Shown: positions 1 through 13,047 of the stretch, one piece after another
Position numbering within the stretch: position 1 is the stretch's first letter
How the letters are laid out: each line of letters starts with the position of its first letter
NCBI GenBank assembly: GCA_943704425.1
Contig: CALSCP010002292.1
Span: forward strand, 24,345 to 88,344
Direction: 5' to 3'
DNA: 64,000 bases
DNA from: Ministeria vibrans ATCC 50519
Taxonomy: Eukaryota; Protista; Filasterea
The notes under the pieces: model-generated
What the model was told of the DNA's origin: nothing
Database searches by the model: none
Seen by the model: only the letters and a program-made list of their open reading frames with translations
Translations under genes and position numbers: made by a program

Positions 1-2
1 TA

Positions 3-2494
3 GCGCTGCTCAATTCGGTCGATCAGGATCTGCGGCAGCAAATCGACCACGTGAGACAAACGTATGTGCACCACTTCCCAGAGCTTTCGACGCTCGTTAC
101 GACTCCGCTTCTGTACGTTCGAGCGGTTTTGCTCATCCGGTCGCGTCAAGAATGCCCAACGGCCGCTGCACGGCTCTCTGCGTTCCTCCCGCGCGACACT
201 ACCGATCGCATTATTGCTGCGGCCCACTCGAGTGCTGGTGCACAGGTAAAGGACGAGGGATACTCTCCTTCCAGTGTTTCTAACGCAAAACACCCATTTT
301 TCGTTTGTTTTTGGTCAGTTTACCGACGAACAATTGAACGAAGTGACAGCGTTCTGCGAGCTGGCCTTGCGGCTCGACGAGGAGCGTATTGAACTGATCA
401 AAACGATCCATCGCATTGAAAACGTCGCGTCGTCCTCGCGATTCTCTCGTCAGGCGCGCGTCTACGTCTCCGCGCTCTTGACCTGCTTCATTTGCTTGGG
501 CGTGCTTGCCGGTGGCTACACGCTCCTGACGCGCTGGCAGACTACAGTGGCCAAGCGATACAGCAGCAGCAGCAGTAGCACAGATGCAAGCCGTCCAATG
601 GCGCTTCAGGGTGGTGTTGCTGCAGCCGCTGTAGCCTCAGCTGCACCTACGGAGTCTTCAGTCAGGCTTGAACTTGAGACGGCGGTGCGCGAATTATTCG
701 CGCTCGAGCCACCATACATTGTATTTAATGCGCGTGTGTACACCATGTCCACACGCGAAGAGCAGTTGCCCGTGGACTCGTTTGCCGTGCTGACTGACGG
801 CCGATTTGGCACAGTGGGCGAACTCCAGGATGTGCTGGCGGCGCACGGTGACATTGTGGTGCGTGTCGATGGACAAGGACTCACTGTGGTCCCTGGACTC
901 ATTGACGCTCATACGCACATGGTTGCCCAGGGACGTCTCTTGGGCATGGCTGACCTGCGGGGTTGCGACGGCGTTGAGTGCGTGGTGGAACGACTGCTCA
1001 GGAGCGCAGCAAGTGAGGAGGCAGAGGGAGGAGCACTCTGGTTGGAAGGATTCGGTTGGGACCAGAACGAATGGAGTGCCTTTGAACACGGCGAGTTTCC
1101 CACGCGCGAACACCTTGATGCTGCGTTTCCCACACGACCCGTTTGGCTGACGCGTGTCGACGCCCATGCGGCCTGGGCCAATACAGCCGCACTTGAGCGT
1201 GTGCGCTCGCTCGCTCTTGCCAATTCTTCTGTGGACCCATTCGCTGCATCGCTAACATTGACTGGTGGATCTGTTGTGCGCAATTCGAAGACGGGTGAGC
1301 CGACGGGCATTTTTGTCGACAATGCAATGGAATTGGTCTCAAAACATGTACCAAAAGCCACTCGGACGGAAAAGAAGGTTGGAAGAGATTTACTATTCCT
1401 ATTATTTAAAATAATTATTATTAATTAATAGTAATAATAATAATAATAATAATTTATTTTTATTTCGGTTTGGACCTTTTTAGAACGCACTTCTTCGAGC
1501 GATCCACGAAAGCCGCACGCGAGGCCTCACTGGCGTGCACGATGCGGGAGTGCCTGATGAAGACCTAGAGCTGTACCGTGAACTGGCAGATGAAGGGTCA
1601 TTGGATGTGCGAGTGAATGCGATGATTGCGTGTCCTGGCGGCGTCACTGAGATTGTGTCGTGTGTGCGTGGACGGGAACCAATGGATTTGTATCGCAATC
1701 GATTGACGGTGCGCTCTGTGAAGTATATGATGGACGGGGCACTGGGCAGTTGGGGCGCGGCTATGCTGGAACCGTACAGTGATCGCGCAGCGTCGCGAGG
1801 GAGTCTGATGGTGGCGAGTGAGACGGACGAACAAGTGCGCGATGCGCTTTCCACGGTCGTCTCCGACTGGCTCGCACACGGGTTTCAGGTGGCAGTGCAT
1901 GCGATTGGAGATCGTGCCAATCGGGTCGTTTTGGATGCATACGAGGTGGCACTGCGCCAGGCGAACGAGACGGACCCGTCGCGCGACCACCGACTGCGCA
2001 TTGAACACGCACAGATTGTTGCACCAAAGGATCTCCCGCGGTTTGGTCAGTTGGGCCTGCTTGCGTCAATGCAGCCAACACATGCGACAGCTGACAGTGC
2101 GTATGCGACGCAGCGACTGGGCAGCGAACGTCTTACGGGCGCGTATGCGTGGCGGGCTCTCTGGCGCACCACCCGCGCATTGCCTCTCGGCTCCGACTTT
2201 CCCGTCTCGCCCGTCTCACCCTTCCTCGGTCTCCAGGCGGCGACCACTCCCGCTCTCACACACCGCCTTACTCTATGGCAAGCGCTCCGCGGGTTTACTG
2301 CTGACGCTGCATTCGCCTCCTTTCACGAACACTCTCTGGGCCACATTGGGCCCTCTGCCTGCGCTGACTTCCTCGTGCTCCCCAGCGACCCGTTCGCCCT
2401 CACCGCTGCCGGTCTCGGCTCACTCCGTCCACTCCTATCCTTTCTTGACGGTCGTCCGTACACTCGCACACTGCCCAAACACGTCACTCCGTAA
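3..2494 (+). CDS. 5'-partial fusion protein: Nop56/Nop58/Prp31-like NOSIC/coiled-coil segment + transmembrane helix + amidohydrolase-3 (YtcJ/LAF3-like) domain
   Basis: Exons ~3-245, 319-1377, 1484-2494 are joined by phase-0 GT-AG introns 246-318 and 1378-1483. The N-terminus ALLNSVDQDL..VRQTYVHHFPELSTLV..IIAAAHSSAG resembles NOSIC. TM segment is VYVSALLTCFICLGVLAGGYTLL. Amidohydrolase motifs are PGLIDAHTH, GFGWDQNEW, DGALGSWGA, HAIGDRAN, RIEHAQ and GSDFP. Confidence 0.85.
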
Positions 2495-2495
2495 A

Positions 2496-2496
<1 letters not shown>

Positions 2497-2570
<74 letters not shown>

Positions 2571-2637
2571 GACAGAGAGAGACAGAGAGAGAGAGAGAAG
2601 AAGAAGAAGAAGAAGAAGAAGAAAGAAACAAAGTGAT

Positions 2638-2675
<38 letters not shown>

Positions 2676-2720
2676 AGAAGAAGAAAGAAACAAAGTGATA
2701 GAGAGAGAAGAAAGAAACAA

Positions 2721-2759
<39 letters not shown>

Positions 2760-2760
2760 G
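2497..2760. repeat. Compound (AG)n/(AAG)n microsatellite with GAAACAAAGTGATAGAG motif copies
   Basis: Directly visible; lies between the amidohydrolase stop and the last visible ASK-like exon. Confidence 0.95.
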
Positions 2761-2803
2761 AAAAGTGAAATATTGTGATGGGAGTATGGCTTTTTATGGC
2801 AAC

Positions 2804-4243
2804 CTGTCCAGACACCACTAAGCAAGTGGCAGCATTGATTGCCGCATATGTAGTTGGAGACTAAAAACCAAACAATCAAATACACACCCACAGGTTGTAC
2901 AAAGTCAGTAACAGAAAATGCACGAATAGACGTGAGAGAAGCGGGAGACCTGTGCGAATGCATTGAAGTAGTCGTCGGCGGCTGCACAGAGGACACTCTC
3001 ATTGGTCATGCCCGACGCGACAAACTCGTCTTTACGGATGCGGCCCCGCGCACACAGCAGTCCCGACGTGTCTACATACGCATTGGCACTCGTCTGTTCC
3101 TCAATGACTTTCAGTGCCTGTCGAAAATGAAGGTAGAATTAATGTGAATGACTTATTATGATGCGTTGAAGTACTCGTTCTCTGTCCGAGCCCACATTGC
3201 GACGGTTGAGAGCAAAGACAAAAAGCTCGGCGACACCCACGGTAAGTAGCTTGGCGTTGACGGCAAGAGAGGCGTCAACAAGGTCGATCATGCCAGAGTG
3301 GTCGCGAAGGTCGCGGAAGCGCAGGAGAAGTGCGATGACAGCCGAGCTGGACAGACGAATGGGCGACTCTGCGTCGAGAAGACGGTCGCGGATGGCATTA
3401 AGCTGTTCGCTTGAAGAAGCGTCGACAAGCCATTGGTGAAAGAAGAGGGCACGTTGTGAGTCGAGAGCCTCAGAGGAGGATAAGGTGCTGAGGAGCTTCT
3501 TGAGATGGTCGTAGAGAGGGACGCTTTCGGGAAGGGCCATAACTGACTCGGATGAGGAGGAGGTGTAGGGCACGACGACGTGCGAGCTCTCTTGGGAATT
3601 GGTCGATCGATGGACTTCCTCGACGAGTTCGTACACATTGTCAATGTCGGCGGACTCGCTGCAGCTGCGCACAGCGTGCAGCACAATGTTTTTGACGAGG
3701 CCCAGCGACTCGCGCACGCCCAGCTGGTAGAAGAGCTCTGCTTTGGAGTCGGCGTGGGTCACGTCAACAATGACCAGCTCGGCAACGGCGAACCCTTCAC
3801 AACCGCTGGGTGCCATGAGATCTTCATAGGTGATCTAAGGAAGGAGAAGGAAGGACAAGACAGGGACAAGTGAGTTCAGCGAATTGGGCAAATCTTGCGC
3901 CCCAAGCGCAGCGATACACCGCATGATTTTGTGGTGGCAGGTGTAAGGATGCAAGGGAATGTGTGGCGGGGTGCAGCGGGAGGCAGGGGGGGCGGAGAGA
4001 GAAGCGACATTCATTAGTTGAAACCTGTTGAAGTGATAAATGCAACGCTTTGCACGCTGAACGGATGGCTTTCAGGACGGGGTCAAACTCGGGTGCGGTA
4101 ATGACGGTGTTGGGATCGGTTGGATCGGGAATGGTCGGCACTATGCAGACCACGGCGGACACTTCGCTCTGCTGCTGCGTCAGCACCCTGATTTCGGGCA
4201 CGGCGGCCTTTGGTCGCTTCTCCGATGCGGCATCGTCGGACAT
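2804..4243 (-). CDS. ASK1/MAP3K5/15-like protein, N-terminal part only (DUF4071/TRAF-binding region); kinase domain not present in window
   Basis: ATG at 4243. Spliced translation contains AELVIVDVT..ELFYQLGVRESLG, FALNRRNVGSDRE, LCARGRIRKD and TYAAINAATCL, which match the ASK-family N-terminus. The last visible donor at 2803 runs into the microsatellite. Confidence 0.75.
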
Positions 4244-4417
4244 GGACGGAGAAGTAGTGCACAAGTAAGAGTATAGAACAATAGCAATAATATTTATTTG
4301 ACCTTTCGACTTTGTTCATCGTTCCATTGACCATTCTTCAGTCTTCTTCACTACAATTATTTTTTTTTACTAAGTTCTCTATTTCGCTATCCTCTGTTGG
4401 CTCTTTATCGCACCACC

Positions 4418-5303
4418 ATGGAGACAACGCCGGCGCTGACACCGCTCTCAACCACGGAGGAGATCAAGGTAGAAAACGCAATCCATGCAAAGACACGCCG
4501 TGCAGGGTTGGGCGTGGTCTATGTTGCAAGAGTGGCCATGGACCGTGGGCGCGGACGTGGGCGAGGGAGAGAGTCCGTCTGTCGACTCGGGAGCTGAGAC
4601 CTTCTGCTTCAAGTCGATTTCGCAAAATGGCTGTTCGTCCAGAGCAGAGTGGACGGCATGCCCGTCTCGGAGTGAATATGTCGTGGGGTGATGTGTGCAT
4701 GTCCGCATTGCAGGGCGTGTGACACTTAGTGTGATGTGGTCTCTTCGACAGTGTTGAACGACAAGTTTTCTTTTGATGGTGTAGGAACTTGAATTGACGT
4801 ACAATAAAGAGATCTACGGGACCCACGGGGCCTCTGTGGACACAACGTACGTGAGCCTTCTAGCGGAATGAGGCTGTATTGACTTCTTTCATGTGTTACA
4901 GGTTCGCATTCGCTTTCATTCTGGCGCGCTCGCCCTTCCGCGACGACGTTGCTCTTGCTCTGAGGCTCTTCAACGGTACGCCGCCCTTGGCGGTGATTGG
5001 GCGCATGCGTGGTACTTCACGCTGACTGTAATGGATGTAGATTTGACGCAGAGTGCGCCGGAGCGGAGGAATGAGTTGAAGTTCTTGATGGCTGCGAGTG
5101 CGTTTCGTCTCAAGCAATATTCGTCGGCCAAGGCGCACCTGAGCCAGATGATCAGGGAGGGCGGCGAACAGCGGCAGGCGGTGGCCCTGGCAGGACAAAT
5201 TGAGCGTGCCATGTTGCGCGATGGAGTCACTGGGATGGCGCTCGTTGGGGGCGCTGTCGCGGTTGCTGCGGTCGCGGCGTGGGGTCTGCTGAGGCGGAGA
5301 TGA
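4418..5303 (+). CDS. FIS1: Mitochondrial fission protein Fis1
   Basis: Exons 4418-4468, 4785-4846, 4902-4975 and 5041-5303 splice in frame. They encode FAFAFILARS, a TPR-like helix pair, and the C-terminal tail anchor DGVTGMALVGG..WGLLRRR. Confidence 0.9.
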
Positions 5304-5458
5304 TACGTCGTCTCAAAAACTCTCCTTGCGATTCAGAAATTCGTATAATTATTATTATAATTGTGGTTGTTTCGAATGTACAGTGTCATAACGTTTATCA
5401 AGTACATATGTTCACAGTGTGCGCCTTCTTCTTCGTCTTCTTTCTTTCGAAAAGGCAC

Positions 5459-6038
5459 TTAGAAGAACCATTCGGTCAGTTGTTCAAAGGGACGTCGTCT
5501 GCGGTAGCAGCCCACAAAAGTGTCGTCAAGGAGAATGAGAAGAGCCACTACAGAGAGAGAGAGAGAGTGTGTGTGAGTGAATGAGACAGCGAGAGAGAAG
5601 CAAAGTGATGTTCGATTGCGTTGCACACTGCGCATGGTCTGTCTTACACTCCAACGAGCCGCTGATTTTGCGTACGGGCAGCAGCGGCTCGATCTCTGCG
5701 TCGGGCAAGTTGGCTTTCCCCTTGAGCGCCACACGAAAGACGTCTGCTCGCAGATCCATAAACTTGTCTGCTGCTCTGCGCGCACGCTCGTTGTCTGCAC
5801 AGCAACACGACGGGCGTCAGCGCCATCCTCAACAACTCTTCCCCCGCCCATGTGTACCAACGGGCCTGTCGGGGTCCGATGCGGCTTCGAGGATTTTCCT
5901 CTTGAAGTTGTCGATGGAGAGAGCGAACCCTGCGACCGTCACGGTGCTTAGCCCCAGCGAAAAGACGGCGACCTGCCCCAGACGCGATCGGGTTCCAACT
6001 CGGACCTCCGTCCTGATGCGATCAGCGATGTAGTTCAT
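5459..6038 (-). CDS. Hypothetical ~130 aa small membrane protein (3 exons)
   Basis: ATG at 6038. Two phase-1 GT-AG introns join MNYIADRI..VAVFSLGLSTVTVAGFALS..DKFMDLRAD..LALLILLDDTF..EWFF* without stops. Divergent from COQ8. No family recognised. Confidence 0.5.
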
Positions 6039-6224
6039 TGTACGGAAGAGAGAACAAAAAGTGAAAGTTGTTGTGAGTCGTCCGTGAGTAGTAAATGTAG
6101 TTCCGACTCAAGCTCAGACTTTGTTTGTATCTTGACCTTACTTTGTACATATATAGTACGATCCACAAGTGTGTTTGGTGATCGACCCCGGACAGATTGG
6201 TGAAGGGGCCAACGGTGTTCTGAG

Positions 6225-8916
6225 ATGGATCCGATTCGCGTGAAGGACGCGACAGCCGTCGCCGCTGGTCTGTGTATGGTATTTCGCGCCTTTGCGCGTC
6301 GCATCGAACAGTAAGTTGGGTTCTATGCTCCGGACGCGCTCGCAATAAGGCACACTACCAAGGAAAAAAACGCACAAAGTGGATGAGATAGCCATTCGCA
6401 TCCGCACCACTCTCGTGTCTCACTCTCGTGTCTGCTTCCCTTGACGTATTTATGTCTATGGGCGGCCCGTCCGCATAATATACTAGTTGATAAACACCAT
6501 CGGATGTTTTAGCCACGCGCCGGTGCTTACCGTGCCGCGCGACACGCCAACGCGCGATTCTGTCAGGGCGCACGAGTCGTCGTCGACCGCACCACTCTCG
6601 CCAGTCTGCACCACGCCAGCCACCACGGCCACCCTTAGCATGGACACGCTACCAGCATCTCCGCTGTTGACACCTGCACCGACGACGGAGCCCGACAGGC
6701 CGTCTGCCACACTCGAGATGGAGGAAGTACGCTCTCATCCACAGATCTTACTCCTGTGCTCTTTTCTCATGTTGTTCTTTGTTTAGGTACACTTGTCAGC
6801 AAAAGCACGCGAACGAGCCGTGCCGAGTGGACGACTCTCGCGAATGTTCCACTATGGCACGCTGGCGCTGGGACTGTCGGTGGACGTTGCCAAGTCGACA
6901 GCACGGCGAACTCTTCTTGGCGACAATTCGTCTGCGGGGGCATTGCTCTCGCCCGAGTCAGCCGATCGCCTAGTAACAACTCTTTGTCGCATGAGAGGTG
7001 CCGCTCTCAAACTTGGGCAAATGATCAGTATCCAAGGTATTCGATTTTCCGTTCGTCAAAGTATGCGGCTCTGATGGAATGTACCATAGACAACGGAGCA
7101 ATTCCAGATGAAATTCTGCGCGTATTTGATCGTGTACGACAGAGTGCCGACTATATGCCTCAGCGGCAACTTGACGTAAGGTTTCAGTCTCTGGTGGATT
7201 TTCGTGCTTTGTGTGGGTTTGTATCTAACGTACACACGCATACACCCACATAGAGTGCGCTCTCGAGCGAGCTGGGTAGCGAATGGCGAACGTTGTTTAC
7301 TACATTTGACAGGCACCCTATTGCTGCAGCATCCCTAGGGCAAGTACACTCGGCCACCATCGCCCTTCCCTCCCCAGACCCCACTAGTACCCTCTCGCTG
7401 TCTCCCCTTCGCGTCGCTGTCAAGGTGCAGTACCCAGGCGTCGCCCAGAGCATCTCTTCCGATCTCTCTGCTGTCCAGTCTCTTCTCAACCTATCAGGTC
7501 TCCTTCCAAAGGGGCTTTTTCTTGAAACAATGCTCTCCGTCGCACGGTATACACACACACACACACACACATATACGAATTTTTGCATATGCATCTGCTC
7601 AGTGTGCCTGTCTGCTCTGTAGCGATGAACTCGCGTGGGAAGTGGACTACTTACGAGAAATGGAGTTTATGGAGCGATTCCGGTCTGTTCTCGACGAGCA
7701 GTCGGGGTTTGTAGTACCCAGACCAATCGGAGAGCTCACGACAGAGTGAGTGAATACTCATCAGCGCCTTTTCGTTGTTCACATCATTTTATTTTGTGTT
7801 TAGACGAGTATTAGTGTCTGAATTTGCAGAGGGAGTGTCATTGGAGCATACTCAACATTTCAGTCAGGAGACCCGAAATAGAGTGAGGCTACTTTTCACA
7901 AAAAAACAAAAACAAAACAAAAAACTGACACTGTGTTGTTTGTTCAGATTGCAGAACGAATGTTAGAATTGTGTTTGCGAGAACTGTTTGAGTTTCAGTT
8001 TATGCAAACAGACCCCAATTGGAGCAACTTTCTCTATTCGCCCAAAACAGATCAGGTTCGGCGCAAAGCAATCCCTTAACAATCATTGTTCAAACAGTTT
8101 TCTGTTCTGTTGTTAGATCACTCTGCTTGATTTCGGTGCTTCTCGAGCATTTGATGATTCGTTTCTGGATCCTTATCTGCGCACCATTGAATGTGCTTCT
8201 GTTGGCGATCGGTCCGTTTCCTTTGAATCTCAATTGTTTCGCTAAATTATTATGTGATTGTGCATTTGCAAGGTAGCGTTTGAGCCTGTTCCCGCGATCA
8301 GTTNNNNNNNNNNGAGGTTGTTCCCCCTGGGTGGTGGTGGTGGTGGCGTGTGTGTGTGTATGTGTTAGGGAGGGAGTAACGCGCTATTCGCACACGCTTG
8401 GCTATCTGACGGGCAACGAAACACAAGTAAGCAATGTACAAGACGCAACAAGAAGCTGTTGACTGACGTTGGTGGGTTGTGTGCAGCCGATGGTGGATGC
8501 GCACACGGAGAGTGTCATGTTGCTTGCGCGACCCTTTGCCACCGATCTTCCCTTTGATTTCTACCGACAAGACGTCACATCTAAAGTGCGTCAACTTATT
8601 CCCGTCATGCTCCACCAGCGACTCACCGTAAGCCAGAGATCGTTTTTTTTATTCATAGTTTGTGCTTAGCATTTGTGAGTGTGAGTGTGAATGGATATAA
8701 TATATATATGTGTGTGTGTGAATTAACCCTGTTCACCAGGCTCCTCCGCGCGAGACCTACTCTCTTCATCGGAAGTTGTCCGGGACCTTTCTTCTCTGTG
8801 CTCGACTGCGGGCCAATATATCGTGCGGTCCGGTCTTTCGTCGCTACTCGGAGATGTATCGCGCTCGACTCGCAGCCCAATCAAGCGAACCAACCAGTAG
8901 AGACGTACCAATTTAG
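6225..8916 (+). CDS. COQ8: ABC1/UbiB atypical kinase COQ8 (ADCK3/4-like)
   Basis: Multi-exon. Motifs are [56 protein letters not shown] and YSLHRKLSG. Stop TAG at 8914-8916. The start at 6225 is inferred from an in-frame splice 6310/6513. Confidence 0.92.
8304..8313. other. Assembly gap (N run) in a COQ8 intron
   Basis: N characters. Confidence 1.
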
Positions 8917-9111
8917 TCACGACCAATTTCATTGGGGCATGTGCTATGATTCACAACCTGTGGATTTTTTTTGTAAATACTGAAGAAATGGCGCCTGTTT
9001 TGAAATTCGTTGATGAATAATATTTTTTCGTTATTATTTTTTTTTTCTAATTTCGACACACGGGCTCTTTCTCTCTCTATCTCTCTTGCTGCTCTCGTTT
9101 GCTGTTGTGCC

Positions 9112-10192
9112 ATGTCAGAGCTCCCTATTGTGTGGGAGGATGTCCTGAATGCCGTTCGTTCGGCTGCGAAACAAAGTGAATCTCTTCTCGAAGTAAGGAC
9201 CACGGCCACAATCGGCGACCCCCCACCATGGCAGGTCACCATCACACGCATACGCGCGCTATGCAGACGTCTTGCTCCTGCAACGCGTCTTTGTTTGTCT
9301 CCTACTTGTTGTCGACGAAGCCAAATGAGGAGAAAATGATGTGCTCTCCTTTCTCAGTGGCCTCTGTTTGCGTGTAGGATTGTAGAGACCGTTTGCGTCT
9401 GGCAGTGAAGCGCGAGAAATCGCTGCAAGAAGAGCTGGAAAGGTTCGAACGGCAAACGCGTTCGGTTTTCGCGCTGAATGTGTTTTTCTCTCCTCATTTT
9501 CAGATTACGCGGCGAATGCGCAGCGCTCAAGCGGGAGAGTCAGTCGGACGACAGCATGCTTCGACAAGAGTTGCGTAGGTAGGGAGCCGGTCGTTGTCAT
9601 GGCCTGTTGCTGACCGTGTGGCGTTTTCGCAAAACAGCGTCCGTTGCGAACGCGATCTGTTCAAGGCGCAGCTGGAAAAGAAAAAGACCGAGGTGCACGA
9701 GAGGACCGTGCAGCAGGAGCGCGATGAAGCATACGTTGCCAGGTGGAAGAAGTTTGCCGAGGCAGTTCGAAGTACGCACTGATGGCATACTTGTGTACAG
9801 TTACAATAGTTAATAGCACTCATGTTGTAGAGAAGCGGGAGAAGCAACAGATCGCATCCACTGGTGCCGGCTATGTATCATCAGTGACGTCTCCGGCATT
9901 CACTGCAACTGATGTTACACCGCCCACCGCTACCTCAACCACGCCAACAAATTCATCTGTCACACCCATTACGCCACCGCCCTCTGTGCGTCGCGCTCCG
10001 CTGGTGTCTCTCATATCTCGTCTGGACGACACGCCGTCGTCCCCACGCAAGGATGCTGTTAGAAAACGTGCGCGAAGTGAAGACGAAGCGGATGAGGAAG
10101 AAGAGGACGAGGATGAAGAGGAGACGCGAGGGTACGACGACGTGGAGGAAGTAGCAGAGGCAGCAAGCAGCACCAAAATCAACAGCAACAGC

Positions 10193-10228
<36 letters not shown>

Positions 10229-11246
10229 AGCAGCTGTAATATCGACTTTCCCACCACTAGCACTAGTTCCACAACTGCCAGTAGCGAGACGCCCATATGT
10301 ATGACGACGATGCGGACGTCGCTGAAACGGTCGCGACATTCGCTGACTCTCGATCGAACCAAATCGGCGCGTCGTTTGCGCTACAACAGCACGGTGACCG
10401 TGCACGATGCAGTCACAAAGGAGTGCGTGAAGGAGCCCCTCGTGGCCGGCAGCCAGTCGACGGAAGATAGCCAAAACTGTGTGCGCACGGTCGTGGACGA
10501 GTCATCCATCAAAAAAGTTGCTGGCGGACCATCCTTGTCGATTGGCGACGACGAAGACGACGACTCGCCCATGCGTCCTCCTTCACCTGCCTTTCCCATG
10601 AGTTCTGTCGTTGCCAAGGAACAACAAAAGCGCTCTCCCTCTTCGTCGGATGCAGAAGATGCAACGGCACACAAGAGCAATGGACACGCGGAAGACGACG
10701 AGGACACCACCGCCGAGTCTCAGTCTCAGTCTCAACACAGTGTCATCTCTGTGCCTTCCTACTCCGCCTCCATCGCATCTTTTCCTCTTGATCAACAACA
10801 ACAACCGCAACAACATCAACAACAACAACAGCAGCAGCAGCAGCAGCACCACCACCACCACCAGTTAACAAAGATCCAACCGCAAGCGTCATCACAAATG
10901 TCCACCGTCGTGCGCCTCTCACCGGCTCTCAATACACCGCAGCATCGTATTTATGGCAATCTCGGGTTCAACTACTCGGCAGCCGTACGTCACAAGGAAG
11001 ACCGCGTCAATCTCTTTGCGGAATTCTGCACCGAATGCGTTGAGGTAATCCAGCATGAGCGTTCACCGTTGCCCCACTCATGTACTCAACTTGTTGTAGT
11101 GGTACCGCAGTGTCTACAACGGCGATGAAGAAAAAATGTACGAGGAGCTGCATCAAACGGGGCGCCACCGACACGTCTGCCCGCGCACGCGCCCCCTCGC
11201 CCCCGGCTACTGGAGCGTCTCCTTTCGTGACTCCGGCGACTTATAA
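9112..11246 (+). CDS. CtIP/Sae2/Ctp1-family DNA end-resection protein
   Basis: N-terminal coiled coil and a long S/T/N/Q low-complexity middle. The C-terminus FNYSAAVRHKEDR..CTEC..GRHRH..PGYWSVSF carries the CxxC-RHR signature; last exon 11100-11246. Confidence 0.8.
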
Positions 11247-11416
11247 TGTAACTACTACCTTTACCGAAACCTGTCCTTTCCATACTTGTGATTACCAATG
11301 CGATTTATATGCTCACCAGCACACACATTATAAAATTGATTTACACGACAGACGGAACACAATAATTATTATAGAATAAATTTTTATATTTTATTACTCA
11401 CTCTTTGTGAGCACTG

Positions 11417-12186
11417 TTAAAACATGTCGTCTTCATCGGCGGTGAGTTCTTCGAGACGCACAAAAGTCTTAGACTGTTTGCCCGATGAGGAGGTACCGGT
11501 GCAGCAGCAAAGAACGCGAGCCCAAAAATTCGAATGGGGTAGCTGGGCAAAACCGGACTGGCCGGCGATGAAGCGACGATAGGAGATGCCGAGGATGCAG
11601 TAGAGAGCGAGGACGCCAAAAAGAGCACCCGCCACTGCACCGACAATGAGCGCAGACGACACGGACGAGCCTGACGCACACGGCGGAGGAGTGCGCACAC
11701 CGCACGAAGCAATGGCCGCATCAAACGTATCAAGAGCATTAGGGCTGGTCGAGAGCAAGTCAAAGGTGCTTCCTGCACAACAGCCTAGCGAATCAATCAT
11801 ATCCTGCGCTTGTGTCACACAATCGGGTGGACATGCGTCCGCGCCGTGTATGGTGCGGTAGTCCTTCCAATACGTGATATTGTAGCAAAAGTCATTCTGC
11901 ACAGCAACCTGCTGCGTCTCTTGCAGCATTGCGTAGTCCACCATTGCTTCGGAGCAAAACTGTCCATGCGCATTCTTGGTACACAGATACTCAAGTCCCT
12001 GCAATGCCTGCGCAGCGTCCGCAGCGCCTGTCACATTGGTCGTCGATTCAGTCATGCATTGTGTGAGAACATGAAGAAACTGAGAAGAACAAAGACAACG
12101 ACAAAAGTGAGTGAGAGAGACAGGAAGGGAGGGAAAGCAAAGCGTGAGAGAGAAGAAGAAGAAGAGCATGTTTGTATGTGTGTAAC

Positions 12187-12282
<96 letters not shown>

Positions 12283-12841
12283 GAGGACACTGGATCGCAC
12301 CTTGGGCCAGCAGCCGCTGGGACATATCACTCCGTTGAAAATGGTCACAACTTCTTGACCGGCGGCTTTGACTTGGGGCAAGTTGTTTTTGATCACATCG
12401 CACTCTGCGCCCTGCGTGAGCACGTCGGAGCATGCCCCCACCTGCAGTGTGATGGGGTTTGCGTCAGAGACTACAAAAGGGGGAAATCCGCTCACCTGTT
12501 CAAGCACCGCAATGTTATCGGCCCCCATGAGGTTGTATGCCTTGAACAGCACTGCCCCGCATTCGTTGTTGTTCAGCGTGAACTCGACAAAGGCCTACGA
12601 GGGAAGCGGGAGGGTCGGAAGTGGTCAAAATAGGCGACAGACGGAAATGCGGGTCGCGACGTACACTCTGGCACGCCTGCTGCGTGCTGTCGGTATCGAC
12701 GCCGCCAGTGTCGGTATTGCGCGTGCGGACGCTGTGGGCAATCACCAAGGCGTTTGTCATCTGGAGATGTTGCGAAAGCAGAGTGTCTTCGGACGCAACG
12801 CACACCGCCGCGAGGGTGCCAAACAGGATAGCACAGCGCAT
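11417..12841 (-). CDS. Type I membrane protein: signal peptide, Cys-rich luminal region, M6PR/ATG27-like TM and cytosolic tail
   Basis: Signal-like start MRCAILFGTLAAVCVA and many Cys. TM ALIVGAVAGALFGVLALYCILGISY is followed by RRFIAGQSGFAQLPHSNFW and the acidic end LEELTADEDDMF. Confidence 0.65.
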
Positions 12842-13047
12842 CGGCAACAGTGGGGCAACGTAGAATGCTGATCAAATAATGTACTGCGAAGACAGCGAAG
12901 TGCGAATCAGATCAGCGAGTTTCGAATGAATCGAATCGAAAGCTTAAAAAGTGAAAAAATAATTTTTCACACATTTTGGCGCTGCCCCCTTCTTAGCGCG
13001 TCAAGAGATCGTTCGTATAGCGACAGGTGTCTACAGAGTGGAGCATC

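Noticed and set aside
4469-4784. Several hairpins in the long FIS1 first intron (possible H/ACA snoRNA)
   Set aside because: No properly placed H or ACA boxes; GC-rich sequence folds readily by chance.
6138-6410. Minus-strand ORF as an upstream exon of the small hypothetical gene
   Set aside because: It overlaps the more plausible COQ8 first exon (6225-6310), and the hypothetical gene has its own ATG at 6038.
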